A DNA stretch of 64,000 nucleotides from the IMG/VR virus record IMGVR_UViG_3300010383_000008, positions 1-64,000 of that record; one strand, 5' to 3'. The notes below the pieces were generated by a model that had not been told where the DNA came from, made no database searches, and saw only the letters and a program-made list of their open reading frames with translations. Below are positions 60,652 to 64,000 of the stretch, piece after piece. Positions within the stretch are counted from its first letter, which is position 1. Every line of letters starts with the position of its first letter. The translations under genes were made by a program, and so were the position numbers. This DNA is from a virus.

Positions 60652-63089
60652 GGCAGTTTCCTCAAGGGGCGCACGGTTGCACCTTCCTCGGTGTCCTGGA
60701 AGATTTCAGCAGCCAGTTCGCGGGCCGCGTCCGATACATTCCAGCCGGGGGCCGGGACCCCGCGGACGGAGCGACCGAAGCGCGCGTCGTAGTAGGTCTT
60801 GGACGTGCTCGCCAGCAGGCCGTAGCGCTGGAAAATCTGCCGCTGCGCTGCCTTGGTCTCCGGGAACTGCTTCTCGGTGATGGTGACCATGCGGAACAGC
60901 ACGTACAGGTCCTCGTGGCGCAGTACCTTGAGCGATCCGTCGAGCATGGCGCGCAGCAGCCGGTCGTAGTCGGCGGTAGGCAGCGAGCGGCCCATGTAGT
61001 CGGTTTGCAGCTGGATCGTCGAGGGGCGCACGTCGAGGAAGAATTCCACGTCGCCTTCGTTGATCGCGCGGGCGGTGCGGTCGAGCAGACTGTGCGTGGC
61101 TTCGTACACGCGCTGCTTGGTCTCGCTCTCGTAGGGCGTGTTGAGCCGCTCGTCATCGATGATGACCGAGGCCAGCAGCTGGGCGAAGGCATCCATCTCG
61201 CGGCCCTCGGTGACGACCGCCAGCTCGTTCGGATTGACCTTCATCCGCTCGGTCTGGTATTCGCCGAAGTTCCAGCGACGGTCGCCTTCGGGGACCACGA
61301 TCGGGCGGCGGTCGTTGGAGCAGACGATGAAGTTGGCGTGGTTGGCCGCTTCGCGCCCGGCCTTGTGCATACCGCGGATCACGATCTGCGGCTCGGTGAT
61401 CCATTCGCGCAGCTTGCTCATGACCTTGTCGCGGTCGATGGTCTTGCTCATCGCCGCTTCGTTCAGCGAGACGACCAGCCGGCCTTCGAGGAACTCGTTG
61501 AACTTGTCGTTGACGTGTTCGTACTGCTGCTGGGTCACGCACTCGTCGCCGAAGAGGTGGCGCATGATGTAGTTGGTGACGAAACCCTTACCCGTGCCCT
61601 CGGTACCGGAGAGCACCCAGCCAGTGTTGGTGCGCGTGCGGCGCTGGAAGATCGCCGCCAGCCAGTTGAGAAAGAACATCACGGCGGTCTGGTCGTTGCC
61701 CATCACGCTGTCGATCACGCGCCAGGTCACCGGTGCGATCTTCTTCAGGTGGTTGACCAGCTCGATATCGACCGCGCGTACCGGCGTCATGCCGCCGTAT
61801 TTCTTCATCAATGGCGTGCGCCGGAACAAGTTGATGACCGGGTAGCCGTCTTCGAAGCGCAGGTCGGATTGCATGTCAAACACCAGATCGTAGTGGGGGA
61901 ACGACGGCTTGATCGGTGCGCCGAAGCTCATCAGCCAGGAGAAGGCGGCGTCCTTGACCGACGGGTCCAGGCGCAGGACGTCATTCTCCCGGTCGTAGGT
62001 GCCCACGTACAGCTGCGAGCCGCGGTTGGTTGCATAGAAGGCCAGCGGTTCCATCGCGCAGGACTGCATCGCGTTGGCCGGCACCGCCTTGGCTTTCTTC
62101 ACCAGCGCCTTGTATAGGTCCGGCGCGACTGCCTCGGTGACCAGGAACGGCTCGCCCTTGTGGTTGCCGATCAGGTTCGGGTCTTTGAGGTTGATGTAGT
62201 AGGCGAGCGAGTCGCCGCCGTTCATGTTGAACCGGATGTAGCCCTCGCCCGATGGCTTGATGTCGTGGATGACGCACTCTTCGGCGTCGACCATGACCTC
62301 GATGCCTTTGACCATGCGGGTGCGGTAGGCGCGCTCGGGCAGCCCGGCGGCGCTGCGCAGCGCGTTGATCACTTCGCTGATCGCTTCGGGCGCGACCGGG
62401 GTGAAGGTCGGTAGCGCCAGTGTGCGCTTAGCGCCGTCGAGCAAGGTATAGGGTGTGTCCACCGCCGGCACGAAGCCGAAGCATCGCGGTGGTGCGACGT
62501 AGATCAATTTGCTCGGTACGTTGACGGAGCGATCGAGCGGAAAATGCAGTGCCATCCCGGAATCGGTCAGGGCCAGCTCGTCCTTCAGCGGGGAGTTGAA
62601 GTTGATCCAGGTGATCCACTGGTTGAGCAGGGCGGTCTTCACCGGGCTGTCCAGGCGCATGAAGACGTGCGCGGACAGCTTGGTGGCATCCGGCCGGTAG
62701 CAGGAAGAAGACAACTGCACTAAACAATCGACGTCGTGACAGCATGGCGGCAGGTACCTCCGGATCGCGTCGCGTACGCCGTCCACCGTGGGGGCGCAGG
62801 CGACCTTGTCGAAATCGAAGACAACCCAGTCATGCGCGCCATCGACCCAATGGCCGGCGCGCGACTCGTTTTCCAGCGCCTTGTCCAGGGCACCCTTGAG
62901 CAGCGCGCGGCCCTGTTCGCCGTGCTTGGCGAGGGCGGCAGCAAACTCACCGAGGGTGGTCACCTGCTCGACGTGGGATGTGACTTTCTGAACCAGCGGG
63001 TACGCACTGACGTGGTAGGTCTGCGTACGTGAAGAAAAGGTGATGGCCTTGGTCAGTGCCACCGGTCCTGACAGGAACGTCAGTTCCAT
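60648..63089 (-). CDS. DNA primase / D5-like (SF3) helicase, 813 aa
   Basis: Walker A VLSGTEGTGKGF and Walker B-like VVSLNEA in the C-terminal half. The large N-terminal domain is consistent with a primase-polymerase. GGGGGAA RBS. Confidence 0.75.
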   Translation of the reverse strand: MELTFLSGPVALTKAITFSSRTQTYHVSAYPLVQKVTSHVEQVTTLGEFAAALAKHGEQGRALLKGALDKALENESRAGHWVDGAHDWVVFDFDKVACAPTVDGVRDAIRRYLPPCCHDVDCLVQLSSSCYRPDATKLSAHVFMRLDSPVKTALLNQWITWINFNSPLKDELALTDSGMALHFPLDRSVNVPSKLIYVAPPRCFGFVPAVDTPYTLLDGAKRTLALPTFTPVAPEAISEVINALRSAAGLPERAYRTRMVKGIEVMVDAEECVIHDIKPSGEGYIRFNMNGGDSLAYYINLKDPNLIGNHKGEPFLVTEAVAPDLYKALVKKAKAVPANAMQSCAMEPLAFYATNRGSQLYVGTYDRENDVLRLDPSVKDAAFSWLMSFGAPIKPSFPHYDLVFDMQSDLRFEDGYPVINLFRRTPLMKKYGGMTPVRAVDIELVNHLKKIAPVTWRVIDSVMGNDQTAVMFFLNWLAAIFQRRTRTNTGWVLSGTEGTGKGFVTNYIMRHLFGDECVTQQQYEHVNDKFNEFLEGRLVVSLNEAAMSKTIDRDKVMSKLREWITEPQIVIRGMHKAGREAANHANFIVCSNDRRPIVVPEGDRRWNFGEYQTERMKVNPNELAVVTEGREMDAFAQLLASVIIDDERLNTPYESETKQRVYEATHSLLDRTARAINEGDVEFFLDVRPSTIQLQTDYMGRSLPTADYDRLLRAMLDGSLKVLRHEDLYVLFRMVTITEKQFPETKAAQRQIFQRYGLLASTSKTYYDARFGRSVRGVPAPGWNVSDAARELAAEIFQDTEEGATVRPLRKLP

Positions 63090-63216
63090 GAATTCCCCCG
63101 GCGACGGACAGGTGTGAGCGGGGCGTCAGTGTAGGGTGAGCCTCGCGTGAAGCGCTAGTCCCACATCTTGTGGGCGCCGAGGGCGCCGGACACAAGGCTG
63201 CGGCTAAGTGGCTGAT

Positions 63217-63597
63217 CTACTTGGGTGGTATCAGTCTGTAGCGGTGCGCGGTCCAGGCGAAGTTGTCGCAGAGGCTGATCAAGAACTGATCCTTGCTGGC
63301 TTCGTCGTGCGCTTTTTGCACATCTTCCAGGAAATCGAGGTCATCCGGGCGTGTTTTCCACAGCCCAAGCTCTTTCAGTACCTTGACTACGCTGCAACCT
63401 TCGCGGGGCCGGTAGCCGCCCTCGTTGAGGATCGTCCAGCCGATACCGCAGTGGGTACCATCAGGACCGTTGTACAGACAGCGCCCCTCGGCGTATGCCG
63501 GTCTGCCTTGCTCCTTGAGCTTGGCGTAGACGAAGTCGAGGAACTGCTGGCGGGAGACCTTACCTTCGACGAAGGCACGCAGGGTGACGTCGTTCAT
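63217..63597 (-). CDS. hypothetical protein, 126 aa
   Basis: Start moved to ATG 63597 (MNDVTLRAF) in an ATGA overlap. Confidence 0.55.
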   Translation of the reverse strand: MNDVTLRAFVEGKVSRQQFLDFVYAKLKEQGRPAYAEGRCLYNGPDGTHCGIGWTILNEGGYRPREGCSVVKVLKELGLWKTRPDDLDFLEDVQKAHDEASKDQFLISLCDNFAWTAHRYRLIPPK

Positions 63598-63779
63598 GGC
63601 GTATCCTTGGCAGGTGCGTACTCGTGGCACCAGTAGACGTGTTGGTCGTTGTCGATCGAGACGCGATGCTCGGGCAGCGGGCGCACCGCGCTGAGCTTGG
63701 TGGTGACCCAGATTGTGAGCAACAGGCCAAGCAGCATGCCGATCACGACGCCGAGCATGTAGCGGCTGGCGTTGTCCAT
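63594..63779 (-). CDS. small membrane protein, 61 aa
   Basis: TM segment YMLGVVIGMLLGLLLTIWV; TGATG overlap upstream. Confidence 0.55.
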   Translation of the reverse strand: MDNASRYMLGVVIGMLLGLLLTIWVTTKLSAVRPLPEHRVSIDNDQHVYWCHEYAPAKDTP

Positions 63780-64000
63780 CAGCGTAGCCTCCGGCGCGCA
63801 GCGTCGGCCTTGGCCAGGCCGTCGGCGACGGCCGCTTCGAGCGACGCACCCCGCCCTTGGAACTTGATCTCGCCCGCTTCGCTTGCCTTGCCGATCTCCA
63901 GGTTGCAGACCCAGCGCTTTTCGGGCGGGGCGCTGGAGATCGGAAAAACCAGCACGTTGTCGAACTCATCCAACCGGCCGAGCAGATCGGTGGTGTGGAT
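63779..64000 (-). CDS. hypothetical protein (C-terminal part; the frame is open to the right edge)
   Basis: The frame reads ..IHTTDLLGRLDEFDNVLVFPISS.. with no stop up to position 64000, so the TTG start in the ORF track is probably internal. Confidence 0.45.
   Translation of the reverse strand: MHTTDLLGRLDEFDNVLVFPISSAPPEKRWVCNLEIGKASEAGEIKFQGRGASLEAAVADGLAKADAARRRLR

Noticed and set aside
63090-63216. Small palindromes (CCCACA tct TGTGGG; GGCGCC x2) upstream of the primase-helicase gene could be a promoter or operator.
   Set aside because: They are too short and too common in a GC-rich genome to support a call without transcript data.

Overview
The window is a high-GC segment of a tailed dsDNA phage or prophage-like genome, probably podovirus-like. 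I saw no tape-measure/tail-tube module, tRNA, CRISPR array or integrase. It splits into four transcription blocks. (A) 1-6574, minus strand: an early-type block. It ends in a lambda-like Ser/Thr phosphatase and is dominated by 22 tiny, translationally coupled genes that share a conserved junction cassette. (B) 7113-9718, minus strand: seven orphan genes, lying between a ~500 bp AT-rich control region on the left and a pair of C6G6 palindromes on the right. (C) 10017-42540, plus strand: lysis cassette (holin, lambda-R-like transglycosylase, overlapped spanins), a receptor-binding cassette, terS/terL, portal, scaffold, major capsid, tail and internal virion proteins including a 2302-aa giant protein, then a dNMP kinase. 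(D) 42616-64000, minus strand: replication and recombination genes, namely a D5-like primase-helicase, a Cas4-like nuclease, an SNF2 helicase, family A DNA polymerase, DEDDh exonuclease and a VRR-NUC nuclease. The same block carries an amidoligase plus class-II GATase pair and ends in a KlcA/ArdB antirestriction gene. The most unusual items are the mini-gene array, the amidoligase/GATase pair inside the replication operon, the further junction-cassette families at 59.3-60.1 kb, and the giant HExxH-containing virion protein. All calls come from reading the six-frame track and the sequence by eye; no database search was run.
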